64,000 bases of DNA from an uncultured Candidatus Saccharimonadales bacterium (GCA_964467655.1 CAYXSN010000005.1:16920-80919); one strand, 5' to 3'; positions 1 to 10,010 are shown, counted from the first letter of the stretch. The notes: generated from the letters alone by a model not told the origin. A program made the numbers and translations.

Positions 1-374
1 AGACTCTTGTTTCTGTATTGGTACTTGTTACAGCCATGCTGCTAGTAGTGCCGTCGATAGTGGTACATGTATTGGCAATTATTCCAGCGGCTTTTGCCTT
101 TGGCGTATCAATAACGCCCCTAATCGCAACCGCTCAAAAGTTTGTAGATGAAAAATTCCACTCTACTGTGCTATCGGTTGTTTCACTCATTCAATACATG
201 GTTTACGGCATAGGCTCACTATATGTCAGTATTATGATCGATAGACTCGGTATCGGCGCCACCAGGAAAATTCTGCTATTTGAGGCCATAGTGGCTACGA
301 TCCTGATACTGACTGCATATGTTAGCCGCCGCCAAAACGACATAATTGTCACTTCTCCAGAGCAACTGCAATGA
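1..374 (+). CDS. C-terminal fragment of a polytopic membrane transporter (MFS-like), 5' end outside window
   Basis: ORF open to window start; hydrophobic TM-helix-rich sequence with loop patterns typical of MFS C-terminal half. Confidence 0.4.
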   Translation, partial: TLVSVLVLVTAMLLVVPSIVVHVLAIIPAAFAFGVSITPLIATAQKFVDEKFHSTVLSVVSLIQYMVYGIGSLYVSIMIDRLGIGATRKILLFEAIVATILILTAYVSRRQNDIIVTSPEQLQ

Positions 375-491
375 CGCCTGCAATAAGCCATTGGCAGTAA
401 AGCAGCTTTTGAGAGCAACCTGTATAATCAGTACTGTAAAAACGCCATAATTCTCCACGATAAATCAGGTAAAGAAAAATATTACAACCCC

Positions 492-881
492 ATGAACACC
501 ATCGTCATCACCACCACCCTCCCGCTGTGGCGAGCAGCGCAGGAAACAGGTGCCTACACGCAATCAACCGTCGATTCCACCCTAGAGGAGGTTGGGTTCA
601 TCCATGCCACATTCCCTGATCAAACTATGGCCATGATCAAACGGAAACAGATAAACATCCCAGGCCTAATGCTGTTATTGGTAGACACTACCAAGCTGAC
701 CTCGCCACGAAAGATCGAGCAGTCGCTCAGCGGGAGCGGCGTGGCCTATCCGCATATCTACGGCCCAATCAATCTTGATGCAGTGTCCGAAATTATCCCC
801 ATTGCCCAAGACAACGATGGCAACTACATTGAGCCGCCCCAACTATCCGCCGCCCGACTACAACACGCAGGTGACCACTGA
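492..881 (+). CDS. DUF952 family protein
   Basis: GFIHATF... and YPHIYGPI motifs characteristic of DUF952; 129 aa. Confidence 0.5.
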   Translation: MNTIVITTTLPLWRAAQETGAYTQSTVDSTLEEVGFIHATFPDQTMAMIKRKQINIPGLMLLLVDTTKLTSPRKIEQSLSGSGVAYPHIYGPINLDAVSEIIPIAQDNDGNYIEPPQLSAARLQHAGDH

Positions 882-1291
882 TGGCCGTCCAAATCGCCGA
901 CGCCATTATCACCAAAGATAACCTTGTCCTACTGGTTCAGCAGCGCAAACAGGTAGCGTACGGTCTCTGGAGCTTCCCTGGCGGGCATGTTGAAGCCGGG
1001 GAGACGCTTGAGCAAGCCGTCAGGCGCGAGGTGCAAGAAGAAATTGGCGCCGGGTTGCAGCACCCTAAGTTCTTCAAAACGTATCCAATATCGACACCGC
1101 GCGGCCAATTGGAAATCAACTCGTTCACCGGCCAGATCAATGGCGAAATCACCCTCAAACATGATGAACTCATGGCCTTCGGCTGGTTCAGCATCGATTC
1201 ACTTGAAACCATGAAAGCTGCCCTGCGAACAGAATTAGTATTACAGCAAGCGCGAGAGGTGCTGGCTGCTCGGGCAGGCCATAATGACTAA
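881..1291 (+). CDS. NUDIX hydrolase
   Basis: Nudix box GGHVEAGETLEQAVRREVQEEIG (GX5EX7REVXEEXG). Confidence 0.75.
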   Translation: MAVQIADAIITKDNLVLLVQQRKQVAYGLWSFPGGHVEAGETLEQAVRREVQEEIGAGLQHPKFFKTYPISTPRGQLEINSFTGQINGEITLKHDELMAFGWFSIDSLETMKAALRTELVLQQAREVLAARAGHND

Positions 1292-1475
1292 CCGCCCTTA
1301 CACCACCTTATTCCTACTCCAATCACTCGATGGCAAAATTTCCACCGGCGCCACCGACGAACGCGATTTCGACAAGGACCTGCCATTGCTCCCGGGCGTC
1401 AAAGACGGCCTGCACCAGTACCGTGTTATTACCGACCAAGCAATAGGCGTAAACTCAAGCGTGCCCATCCTATGA
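1284..1475 (+). pseudogene. Truncated RibD C-terminal/DHFR-like reductase fragment (63 aa of an expected ~180)
   Basis: N-terminal motif TLFLLQSLDGKIS typical of RibD_C/dihydrofolate-reductase-like domain, but ORF stops after 63 aa and its stop overlaps the start of next gene. Confidence 0.3.
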
Positions 1476-2050
1476 AAGAGCTAGCCGGAAGTATCGCCAT
1501 CGCACTGTCCATAATTGGGTATGTTCCCTACCTACGCGATATTTTTCGGGGCAAAACTAAGCCCCACGCTTTTTCATGGATTGTTTGGACACTGATCACC
1601 TTTATTGTTGGTGCGGCGCAACTGGCAGCCGGAGCAGGCTGGGGGACCGTGCATAATCTGGCAACCGGCGTTATCTGTCTCGTGATTGTGTATGCCGCCA
1701 TCAAAAACAAAGACAAAGACATCAAACGCATCGACATCTTGTTATTTTGTGCCGCCCTGATGGCTATCCCGTTATGGGTATTCGCCAGAAATCCCGTCTA
1801 CTCAATCATCCTGATCACAATCATTGATATCCTGGCTTTCCTGCCAACCTTCCGAAAAACCTGGCACAATCCAGGCAGCGAAACCCTTAGTAGTTACGCT
1901 ATCGCCGGCATCAAGTACGGCGTTTCGCTCGTGGCCATCGCTACGTATGACGTGGCAACGCTGGTATATCCCATAGCTCTCATAGCCATGAATATCGGGA
2001 TAGTAAGTATCATGCTGTTTCGCCATCCTAGAGCAGAGCCTAAGTCATGA
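1472..2050 (+). CDS. Integral membrane protein (~6 TM, two internal repeats; LAB_N/PQ-loop-like)
   Basis: Hydrophobic helices throughout; KTKPHAFSWIVW segment resembles lipid-A-disaccharide-synthase N-terminal-type small TM domain. Confidence 0.4.
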   Translation: MKELAGSIAIALSIIGYVPYLRDIFRGKTKPHAFSWIVWTLITFIVGAAQLAAGAGWGTVHNLATGVICLVIVYAAIKNKDKDIKRIDILLFCAALMAIPLWVFARNPVYSIILITIIDILAFLPTFRKTWHNPGSETLSSYAIAGIKYGVSLVAIATYDVATLVYPIALIAMNIGIVSIMLFRHPRAEPKS

Positions 2051-2334
2051 ACACGCCAACGCCTAACAGCGAATCCCGAACCCAATTAACAGCCAAGCTC
2101 GCCCAGGCAGCCCAGCAAGTAACCGTGGGCGCCCGTTACCGGCATTACAAGAATCAGACCTATACCGTAATCGGTCTGGCCCTCCGCGAAGCCAATAGCG
2201 AACCCTGCGTGATCTACCGGGCAGACTACGACCAAAACCTAACCTGGATCCGTCCAGTCGCCAATTGGATCGAGTCAGTTACCGTTGATGGCGCAACCGT
2301 GCCAAGGTTTGTCATAGAGACCACCGACAGTTAA
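2047..2334 (+). CDS. DUF1653 family protein
   Basis: YRHYKNQTYTVIGLALRE...VIYRADYDQNLTWIRPVANWIESV matches DUF1653 consensus. Confidence 0.6.
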   Translation: MNTPTPNSESRTQLTAKLAQAAQQVTVGARYRHYKNQTYTVIGLALREANSEPCVIYRADYDQNLTWIRPVANWIESVTVDGATVPRFVIETTDS

Positions 2335-2770
2335 AACCACGTCGACAGCTTATACCGCTTATATTCCTGACCAAATGTGGCTTGTAGAAGCTTTTCTTCG
2401 CGACGGATGCGCAGCAGCTCAAGCGCTATCAGGAAGACGAGAGCGCCATACATCAACTCAGAACCGCTAAACAAGCACAAGCCAACCACTGCCAGCACTG
2501 AGGCATAGTATACGGGGTGCCGAAACTTTGAGTACAAGCCAGTAGTCACCAGAGCCATTGCCTTGGGCGCAATGCTGAATGAGTTGCCAATTGAATCCTG
2601 GCCACAATCCAGAACCCAAAAGCAACCACCGTCATGAATACACCTACAAGCTGAAGCGGTGTCGGCTGATCCGGCCACGCCCAATAGATATACAGCCCAC
2701 TCACAACAGCGTACAGGCAGGGGACTATCAGCTTATATCGGGTGGTGGCTGAAAGGGTCTTGTTCACCAA
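2331..2770 (-). pseudogene. Isoprenylcysteine carboxyl methyltransferase (ICMT/PEMT) family protein, split by a 1-nt frameshift near 2586-2590
   Basis: ORFs 2546..2770 (N-terminal half, TM helices) and 2331..2684 (C-terminal half with LVTTGLYSKFRHPVYY and EEKLLQATFGQEYKRY motifs) are consecutive parts of one ICMT-family protein in frames offset by one; a CC vs CCC homopolymer at ~2587 explains the shift. Confidence 0.55.
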
Positions 2771-2855
2771 TGCATTATACTAAACGCTATGTGGTTCTGG
2801 TTAGCTATCCTGTCAATGGCCGCGCTGGGGATGAATTAGTTCAAACTTGCTCTCA

Positions 2856-3332
2856 CTAATCAGCCGAACTAGCGCGCTGATCTACCAACCCGCCAAAATA
2901 CGCTCCCCAGTATATCTCTTTACCGTGTTCCAAAATAACCTCCTTGCCAGAATAGGTCGCAAAGTCACCACTAGACACATCGCAATATTCAAGATGACCG
3001 CGAATAAAACTAACCGGGCCACGGAACGGCCGATCAGGATTTGGTTCGCGCAGAGCAAGCCGTAAGAAGTCATACACCTCATGCACGCTCAGTTTAGTAT
3101 CGTGAACCTGCCCATAGTACACCTGCGTCCACACAACACGGCCATGGTATTCGATCACCAAGCACCCGCCATAAGGCTCGCCACCATAAAACGTGTCGAC
3201 CATCTTCCAATCACCATCGGAGAACTCCATGACCTTAGCACCGTTTGGCTGCTTGTTAATAGCCGCCGTACTGAAGGCATGAGGTTGCTGTGACAGTATG
3301 TAGAAACGCTTAAGGTCTTCAATATTTACCAT
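2856..3332 (-). CDS. Conserved hypothetical protein
   Basis: 158-aa ORF, no recognised catalytic motif. Confidence 0.4.
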   Translation of the reverse strand: MVNIEDLKRFYILSQQPHAFSTAAINKQPNGAKVMEFSDGDWKMVDTFYGGEPYGGCLVIEYHGRVVWTQVYYGQVHDTKLSVHEVYDFLRLALREPNPDRPFRGPVSFIRGHLEYCDVSSGDFATYSGKEVILEHGKEIYWGAYFGGLVDQRASSAD

Positions 3333-3376
3333 AACGAAACTTCTCCTCTAATATTTCTACTCCAAAGCAAATTAGC

Positions 3377-4036
3377 TCAAAGCTGGTGCGACTGGCCAGG
3401 ATCAAGCACCACGACCCGGCTACCTTGAACATGAGCCTTCAAGCGAGCTGGATCAGCCGAGATTATCGGCCAGGTATTGTAGTGGATCGGAATAACCAGC
3501 TTTGGCGCCAGCAGCTCAACAGCCAGAGCCGCCGCTGCCACGTCCATGGTGTAGCGGCCGCCAATGGGCAATAATGCCACATCCAACGGACCAAAAAGCT
3601 TCGGTATTAGCGCCATATCCCCAAACAACCCCGTATCACCCGCATGATAGACCCGCTTGCCTTCCAGATTCACGACTACACCACAGGGATCACCGTGGCT
3701 AGCACTATGAATCGCCGGCGTGAACGAAAAGCTGACGCCATCATGGGCAATTGTTCCGCCGATATTGCCGCCTTCCACTCGCACATCACCAGCTGCCACA
3801 TCATCCCGAATTGTATTCTCGTGAATGCCGACAATCACAGCATGATCGCGCTGAGCAAGAGCCAGTGCATCCCCAAAATGATCGTTATGATCATGAGTCA
3901 CCACCACGTAATCGACGTGTGGCAGGTCACTGAGCTGAGTTGAAGCTTGCGGGTTACCAGTAATAAACGGATCGATAATAATGCGCTTGCCGCCCTCAAG
4001 CAGAACAGCTGCGTGGCCTAATCGTGTAATCTTCAT
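3377..4036 (-). CDS. MBL-fold metal-dependent hydrolase (UPF0173 family)
   Basis: MKITRLGHAAVLLEG...VVTHDHNDHFGD metallo-beta-lactamase His motif; start moved to internal ATG (MKIT) at 4036. Confidence 0.7.
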   Translation of the reverse strand: MKITRLGHAAVLLEGGKRIIIDPFITGNPQASTQLSDLPHVDYVVVTHDHNDHFGDALALAQRDHAVIVGIHENTIRDDVAAGDVRVEGGNIGGTIAHDGVSFSFTPAIHSASHGDPCGVVVNLEGKRVYHAGDTGLFGDMALIPKLFGPLDVALLPIGGRYTMDVAAAALAVELLAPKLVIPIHYNTWPIISADPARLKAHVQGSRVVVLDPGQSHQL

Positions 4037-4099
4037 ACAACTAGTATACGCCAGCGTCGTAAGGCTAACGAACATGAGCAAAAGCATGCTCTTGCATTC

Positions 4100-4122
4100 A
4101 ACTATACACTAAGTGTATAGTT
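4100..4122. promoter_or_regulatory. Perfect 11-1-11 inverted repeat AACTATACACT-A-AGTGTATAGTT immediately upstream of padR (likely PadR operator)
   Basis: Exact palindrome read from sequence, 8 nt upstream of PadR start, in divergent intergenic region. Confidence 0.45.
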
Positions 4123-4129
4123 TGGCGTA

Positions 4130-4663
4130 ATGGAAGCACAATACACGATCCTCGGAATTCTCGATACCGGCCCAAACTACGGCTACGCCCTGAAGAAAAT
4201 ACATGACCAGCTATTTGGAGCTGGTCGCAAACTGGCCTACGGGCAGATCTATGCCACACTGTCACGCCTGCTTCGCGACGGCAAGGTGAAACCGTCGGCA
4301 GACCGAGAAGAAAGCGGTGGTCCCGACCGGGTCAAGTATGAAATCACGCCCAAAGGTCACACCGATTTTGTCACCTGGCTCGAAACACCAGAAGCTCCAA
4401 CGCCCCATTTGCAAGCAACACTCTATATCAAAACCGTCTTAGCTATCATCCGTGATGGTGAGGCCGCCGCCTATCTGGAGGCGCAACGCCGGACCCACCT
4501 AGCCCGTATGCGCAGCCTCACGGCGCAGCGCCAAACCGTACCGCTCGCTGAACGGTTGCTCATTGACCATGCCCTCTACCACCTGGAAGCAGATTTACGC
4601 TGGATCGACATAACCACCAACCGCTTAACTCAACTCAAGGAGGAATTATGCCAAAACCGGTAA
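4130..4663 (+). CDS. PadR family transcriptional regulator
   Basis: N-terminal winged-HTH YTILGILDTGPNYGYALKK...YGQIYATLSRL typical PadR. Confidence 0.75.
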   Translation: MEAQYTILGILDTGPNYGYALKKIHDQLFGAGRKLAYGQIYATLSRLLRDGKVKPSADREESGGPDRVKYEITPKGHTDFVTWLETPEAPTPHLQATLYIKTVLAIIRDGEAAAYLEAQRRTHLARMRSLTAQRQTVPLAERLLIDHALYHLEADLRWIDITTNRLTQLKEELCQNR

Positions 4664-5325
4664 TAATTGAGGCTAGAAATGTCAAAAAAGCATTTGGCAC
4701 TACCCATGCGCTGGGCGGCATTGACCTCTCGGTGGCAGCCGGCGAAGTGCTGGCCATTATGGGGCCAAGTGGTAGCGGCAAGTCAACACTCCTGCACAGC
4801 CTGGCGGCCATTACGGCCATTGACGAAGGAGAGATATACCTAAACAATCTGCGCATCGACACCCTCAGTGACGAAAAGCGCAGCGTTCTGAGGCGCACAA
4901 CCTTTGGCTTCGTCTTCCAGTTTAGCCAGCTCGTGCCGGAATTAACCGCCGAAGACAATGTCGCGCTGCCGCTGTTACTCAATGGCGTGAACCGGGAGCA
5001 GGCCTATGCCACCGCAAACCACTGGATGAACAATGTTGGGCTCAAAGGCAAAGCCGCCCGCCTATCCGGCGAACTCTCAGGCGGCGAGGCACAACGAACC
5101 GCTATCGCCCGGGCCATGATTATCAAGCCCACGGTCATCTTCGCCGACGAACCAACCGGATCGCTCGATAGCCTAAACAGCGAACACATTATGGATTTGT
5201 TTGTGCAAACCGCCAAAGATCATGGAACAACCGTTATCCTTGTAACCCATGAGCCCATGATCGCCGCCTATGCCGATCGGGAAGTAACCGTACGCGACGG
5301 GCAAATTGTGAGGTCATCACGATGA
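4648..5325 (+). CDS. ABC transporter ATP-binding protein (MacB/LolD-type)
   Basis: Walker A GPSGSGKST, signature LSGGEAQR, Walker [13 protein letters not shown]; AGGAGG RBS. Confidence 0.85.
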   Translation: MPKPVIIEARNVKKAFGTTHALGGIDLSVAAGEVLAIMGPSGSGKSTLLHSLAAITAIDEGEIYLNNLRIDTLSDEKRSVLRRTTFGFVFQFSQLVPELTAEDNVALPLLLNGVNREQAYATANHWMNNVGLKGKAARLSGELSGGEAQRTAIARAMIIKPTVIFADEPTGSLDSLNSEHIMDLFVQTAKDHGTTVILVTHEPMIAAYADREVTVRDGQIVRSSR

Positions 5326-7562
5326 GCGTTGCCTGGCTCGTATTTGCCCGGTCATTTCGGCAATCCTGGAAACGCTTTGCGTTACTGGCAGCCGCTATCT
5401 CGCTTGGGGTCGCCATGGTTCTGGTATTTCTGGCCGCAATGCATGGCCTCCAGGCCCGCAATGCCCATCAAACATGGCGTTCGCAGTTGTTTGCCGCCAT
5501 CCAACAGCAGCAAGCGCCCATACATGGCATCGACCCGCTCATCGCCGCCACCTGGGTGCCTGGTAACCTTAACCAGTGGCAAAACCAGACCATCTGGATA
5601 ACATCACTCTATGCCACCGGCAGCACGAGCCCGCACGTACCAGATATTCCGACACCCCAGCCGGGCGAATACTACGTTTCGCCTGCCTTAGATAAGCTGA
5701 TGCACGACCATCCAGAGGCCAGTTTGGGCGCGCGTTTTGGCACGCGACAATTGGGCGTCCTGCCCGAAAAACTAGCCACTTCGCCGGACTCGCTCGACGT
5801 CATTCGGGGCATGTCAAAAACCGAAGTCGAGTCGGGAGCCATTGGGAGGGAGGGCGGCCCAATCCCGCGTATCTACTCGCTACCATCAGCTGCCAATAGC
5901 ACGCCAGGCATTGGCTACGTCGGCATAATGAAATATGTGGTGATACTCGGAATTGTTATCTTACTCTTTCCAGTTTTTCTCTTCATATCGATTGCCGTTC
6001 AGCTTGGCAGCGCCCAACGCGAACAACGATACGCGGCACTCCGGCTCATTGGCGCCACCCGTGCCCAAATCCGCGGAATTATTGCCGTCGAGTCATTGAT
6101 TTCAGGCATGGTTGGCATTGTACTAGGTAGTGGTATCTATGCAGCCGCACGACTCTGGCTAACCGAATTCCGATTGAGCGATCTACGATTCTGGCCAGCG
6201 GACCTAACGGTCAGCCCCTACCAGTACCTGCTCGTTACCTGCGCCACCCTTGCCGTCACGGTCATAGCGAGCTGGTGGGGGATGCGACAGGTGAATGCCT
6301 CACCTCTGAGTGTCCGGCTGCGTAGCCGCCCCGATAAGCAGCCTCACTGGTGGCGCCTCATACCATTGGTTGTGGGATTTGGAACCTTTGCCACCGCCTA
6401 TGTTCTAACAAAAAAAGATTCTGCTTCAAATAGCACGCTGGAACTACTCATCGCTGCGATTCTCACTATTATGGTTGGTATCGTGCTCAGCGGAACCTGG
6501 CTAACCAGTGGCATAGCCCGGCTCGCAGCCCGCCTAACCAGGCATGCACCCGTATTGCTAGGCGCCAAACGTATCGCCACACGGCCGCGGCAAACATTCC
6601 GGGCGGTGAGCGGCGTAGTAGTCGCCCTGTTTGCCGGTAGCTTCTACCTAACGGCCGTCAGCGGCATGGCAAACTATACCGCAGCCAGCGTACAGCAAAA
6701 CGGCTACTCAAGATTGCACGACAACACCGCGTTCATCAGCTCGAGTACTCTGCCCGACAACTTCGCGGAAACCTTGCACCGCCAGAAGTACATCTCGGCC
6801 GTTACGCCGGTTCAGCAACTACGTTACTCAGTGAGCATCATGCCATGCCCTGTGCTGTCGACTTACACAACCCGCAGCTGCCCCGGCAACAACAACCAGC
6901 TATTCGCAGCCATAAACCTCGACGCTCCGGCTACCGAACAGCCCGGGCTTGGCGCCACGGTCCCGGAGGCCATTCAAAATGCCGGCATCGATGTTGGTGA
7001 CGGCAGCCAGGTGGTGTACGACAACAGTTACTTCGTAACTCTAACGTCGACCAGCGCCATTGAACAATTACGCAGCCTAGTACTGGCAAATAGCCAAGGC
7101 CTCATGGCTAACACGCAGCTCGTGGTGAGCGGAACATATGCTAAGCAGGCCATCATGCCGCCCGAGATCCGCGAGTTATCGGGCATAACGTATGTGGGAA
7201 TAATTGTTACGATGCTCATAGCTATTGGCAGCTTCCTGGTATCAACTATTGGCGGCTTGCTTGAACGTCAGCGTTCCTTATTCACGCTGCGGCTCAGCGG
7301 TATGACGATCAAACAATTACGGCAGATGGTTATCATTGAAGCACTCGTGCCCCTGGTTCTAACGTCGGTTCTGTCTGCTGCCATCGGCGTGGCGGTCGGC
7401 TATATGTTTATGAACATGGTGTCAAAAAGCCTCGACGCCGTTATAACGCCCCTCTATATCTGGGTGGTAGCTGGTTCGCTCGTAGCTGCGACACTCGCGA
7501 TATACAGCTTATTGCCAATCCTCAAGCGGCTAACAGATCTTGAGTCAAACCGTACCGAGTAA
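5322..7562 (+). CDS. ABC transporter permease, FtsX/MacB-like with large extracytoplasmic domain
   Basis: 4-nt overlap with ATPase; N-terminal TM, large soluble domain, C-terminal FtsX-like 4-TM bundle. Confidence 0.75.
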   Translation: MSVAWLVFARSFRQSWKRFALLAAAISLGVAMVLVFLAAMHGLQARNAHQTWRSQLFAAIQQQQAPIHGIDPLIAATWVPGNLNQWQNQTIWITSLYATGSTSPHVPDIPTPQPGEYYVSPALDKLMHDHPEASLGARFGTRQLGVLPEKLATSPDSLDVIRGMSKTEVESGAIGREGGPIPRIYSLPSAANSTPGIGYVGIMKYVVILGIVILLFPVFLFISIAVQLGSAQREQRYAALRLIGATRAQIRGIIAVESLISGMVGIVLGSGIYAAARLWLTEFRLSDLRFWPADLTVSPYQYLLVTCATLAVTVIASWWGMRQVNASPLSVRLRSRPDKQPHWWRLIPLVVGFGTFATAYVLTKKDSASNSTLELLIAAILTIMVGIVLSGTWLTSGIARLAARLTRHAPVLLGAKRIATRPRQTFRAVSGVVVALFAGSFYLTAVSGMANYTAASVQQNGYSRLHDNTAFISSSTLPDNFAETLHRQKYISAVTPVQQLRYSVSIMPCPVLSTYTTRSCPGNNNQLFAAINLDAPATEQPGLGATVPEAIQNAGIDVGDGSQVVYDNSYFVTLTSTSAIEQLRSLVLANSQGLMANTQLVVSGTYAKQAIMPPEIRELSGITYVGIIVTMLIAIGSFLVSTIGGLLERQRSLFTLRLSGMTIKQLRQMVIIEALVPLVLTSVLSAAIGVAVGYMFMNMVSKSLDAVITPLYIWVVAGSLVAATLAIYSLLPILKRLTDLESNRTE

Positions 7563-7780
7563 TCGATTTTCAACTTGCAAGTTCCCTCCATGCCGCAGTA
7601 GCTTCTGGAATACTGCCCAAAGCCTGGTACCAACTATCCGCCTACCATGGTAGTTTAGGATACAAGCTAACCCGCAAAGTCAGAGACTAATCCATTATTA
7701 GCCCAAAAATTTATGAATAGTACCAAAGTATGTAGGTTCACTGTCGTATACCATGACCAGGTAACGATAAGGAGTAAACT

Positions 7781-8005
7781 ATGGCACACACCGAAGACGA
7801 CACCGACATCACCGATATGGAAATGCCCGAGCAAGGAGACCAGTTCTACGAAAGCCTTGATAACATGGGCATCGACCAGCTCAAGGACAAGGCCACAGAA
7901 CTAGGAGTCACCGACACAACGGGCATGGGGAAGGCCGAGCTCATCAACGCAATTGAAGAGCTAACTCCAGCCAACGGCCGTTCACCCGATATTCCGAGTA
8001 TGTAA
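7781..8005 (+). CDS. Small acidic protein with Rho-N/SAP-like helix-hairpin motif
   Basis: GIDQLKDKATELGVTDTTGMGKAELINAIEE resembles Rho termination factor N-terminal domain. Confidence 0.4.
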   Translation: MAHTEDDTDITDMEMPEQGDQFYESLDNMGIDQLKDKATELGVTDTTGMGKAELINAIEELTPANGRSPDIPSM

Positions 8006-8028
8006 AGACTGCTGCCTTAGCCAGCACA

Positions 8029-8060
8029 CTCAGGCCCCGCTTTCAGGCGGGGCCTGAGTG
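8029..8060 (+). terminator. Perfect 13-bp GC-rich stem-loop downstream of the small acidic gene
   Basis: actcaggccccgc-tttcag-gcggggcctgagt; no clear T tract. Confidence 0.4.
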
Positions 8061-8100
8061 ACTATAATAACTACAATTCATCACGAAAGAGGAAGCGCCC

Positions 8101-8562
8101 ATGGCTCAACACATCACCCCCAATCTCTGGTTTGACGGCAATGCCGAAGAAGCCGTCAACTATTACGTTTCGGTTTTTCCCAATAACCGCATCAACGCCA
8201 CGCACTATTACCCCAAAACCGCCGAAGAGGGGCTGGGCGATTTCCAAAAAGATCTGGCCGGCCAAGTACTCACCATCGATTTTACCCTCAACGGCCTGAA
8301 TTTTGTGGCCATCAATGCCGGACCCGACTTTAAATTCAACGAAGCCGTTTCCTTTAGCATTGCCTGCAAAGACCAGGCTGAGATCGACTATTACTGGGAA
8401 AAGCTATCAAAGGTCCCCGAGTCGGAGCAATGTGGCTGGTGCAAAGACCAATATGGCTTGAGTTGGCAGGTAGTACCAGCGAATATGGACAAGCTCATGG
8501 ATAAACCAACTGCTTTTGCCAATCTTATGGAGATGCACAAAATCGTGATTGCCGACCTGTAG
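8101..8562 (+). CDS. VOC/PhnB-like protein (3-demethylubiquinone-9 3-methyltransferase-like fold)
   Basis: ITPNLWFDGNAEEAVNYY N-terminus typical of PhnB-like family. Confidence 0.6.
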   Translation: MAQHITPNLWFDGNAEEAVNYYVSVFPNNRINATHYYPKTAEEGLGDFQKDLAGQVLTIDFTLNGLNFVAINAGPDFKFNEAVSFSIACKDQAEIDYYWEKLSKVPESEQCGWCKDQYGLSWQVVPANMDKLMDKPTAFANLMEMHKIVIADL

Positions 8563-8623
8563 GCCAACCTATAATTGTTACGCTTTTTGTGGTATGCTAT
8601 GTCCAACAAGCTAAAAAACACAT

Positions 8624-10009
8624 ATGGACATACTCATCAAATACCTCAAACTTGTCCGCAAACGCATCTGGCACGTCTCATCGGCTTTTCTGACTATTAG
8701 CCTGTTACTTGGTTGGCCGCACAGTGTCCAAGCCGGCATTTACTCCATCAGGGTGATCCCGTCGGTAACCCAAGCTACCACCGGTACCACATTTACGGTC
8801 TATTTACAGGCCAATATGGTGGTTGATCAATATGCCACCGGCTACATCAAAGGCGCCGTGACCTACCCAGCAGATCTGGTACAGCTACAAAGTGTAGTAG
8901 TCAATGAGTACCCGCTAGCCAGTTACACCGCCACCAGCCCCGGCCAGATTACCGTTTCATCACCAGATAAGGGGACCGGTAACGGCTACGGTGGCCAACA
9001 GAAGATTATCACGGCCACCTTCAAAGCCATCGCCGGTGGTACTGCCACCTTTTCGGTCAACAACGGCACCACCAGTGGCGTCATGATCGTCAACGGCACC
9101 AATCATGTAGTGGTGGCCGGTACCGTCAATTTGATCGGCTGCGCACCTGGTACTACCGGCACCTATCCTAATTGCACCACACCCACCCCACTACCGACCA
9201 CCACTCCTGTCACAGCAACCGCACCTAAAACAACAGTCGTACCAAGCGCCACAGCCGGCACCACCTCAGCACCCACCGGCTCAGTCACGAGCAGTACGCA
9301 AACCGCTGGCAGTCGCTACGGCCAGATCGATGCGGTACTCGACACATGCCTAACGCAAACCCTGGGAACCAACGCCTACCAGGAGTTGACAAAGCTGCAG
9401 GCTCGCCTAACCTATACGGACATCACCAAGGCCCAAACTTGTTTCGCTCAACGCAAGTCTGTCGTTCCGGCCATCATTGCGCCCGTAGAGCCCACAAAAA
9501 TAAAAGAATTGCCCGTCAAGGATAGTATTAAGGTAGAAAAAGTCGACCAAACCACCCAAAACAACACCACGATCCTCAAGTTTTCAGGCAAAGCAGCTCC
9601 CAACCAAACGGTGGTCATATACCTGTTCTCGGACCCCTTAGTACTCATAGCCAAGGCTGACCAAGACGGCACATGGTCATACCAATTGGAAGACCCAATG
9701 GAGCCAGGCAGTCACGAAGCTTACGTCACCGTCGAAGGCAGCGGTAACGAACCAGCCGTTCGATCAGCCGGCATCAACTTCGCCATTGTGGCAGCCCCCA
9801 AAACCGCCCTGAACCCTACAGGTTTAAGCCTGAATCTCGAAACAACCAGTGACTCCAAGAATTTTGTAAACCTCTATGTCGCCGGCGCAGTCATTGTTAC
9901 GCTGGGCGCCCTCGCCTTCAGCCTGAGATATATCCGCCGCCGCACATCCAAGCCGGTAACAGTGGGTATCGGCTTGACAGGATCACAGCTAACCAACGAA
10001 GACAACTAA
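8624..10009 (+). CDS. Cell-surface protein: signal/TM, cohesin-like beta domain, Thr/Pro-rich linker, C-terminal TM anchor
   Basis: N-terminal hydrophobic segment, T/P-rich low-complexity stretch, C-terminal hydrophobic helix followed by RRR. Confidence 0.5.
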   Translation: MDILIKYLKLVRKRIWHVSSAFLTISLLLGWPHSVQAGIYSIRVIPSVTQATTGTTFTVYLQANMVVDQYATGYIKGAVTYPADLVQLQSVVVNEYPLASYTATSPGQITVSSPDKGTGNGYGGQQKIITATFKAIAGGTATFSVNNGTTSGVMIVNGTNHVVVAGTVNLIGCAPGTTGTYPNCTTPTPLPTTTPVTATAPKTTVVPSATAGTTSAPTGSVTSSTQTAGSRYGQIDAVLDTCLTQTLGTNAYQELTKLQARLTYTDITKAQTCFAQRKSVVPAIIAPVEPTKIKELPVKDSIKVEKVDQTTQNNTTILKFSGKAAPNQTVVIYLFSDPLVLIAKADQDGTWSYQLEDPMEPGSHEAYVTVEGSGNEPAVRSAGINFAIVAAPKTALNPTGLSLNLETTSDSKNFVNLYVAGAVIVTLGALAFSLRYIRRRTSKPVTVGIGLTGSQLTNEDN

Positions 10010-10010
10010 C

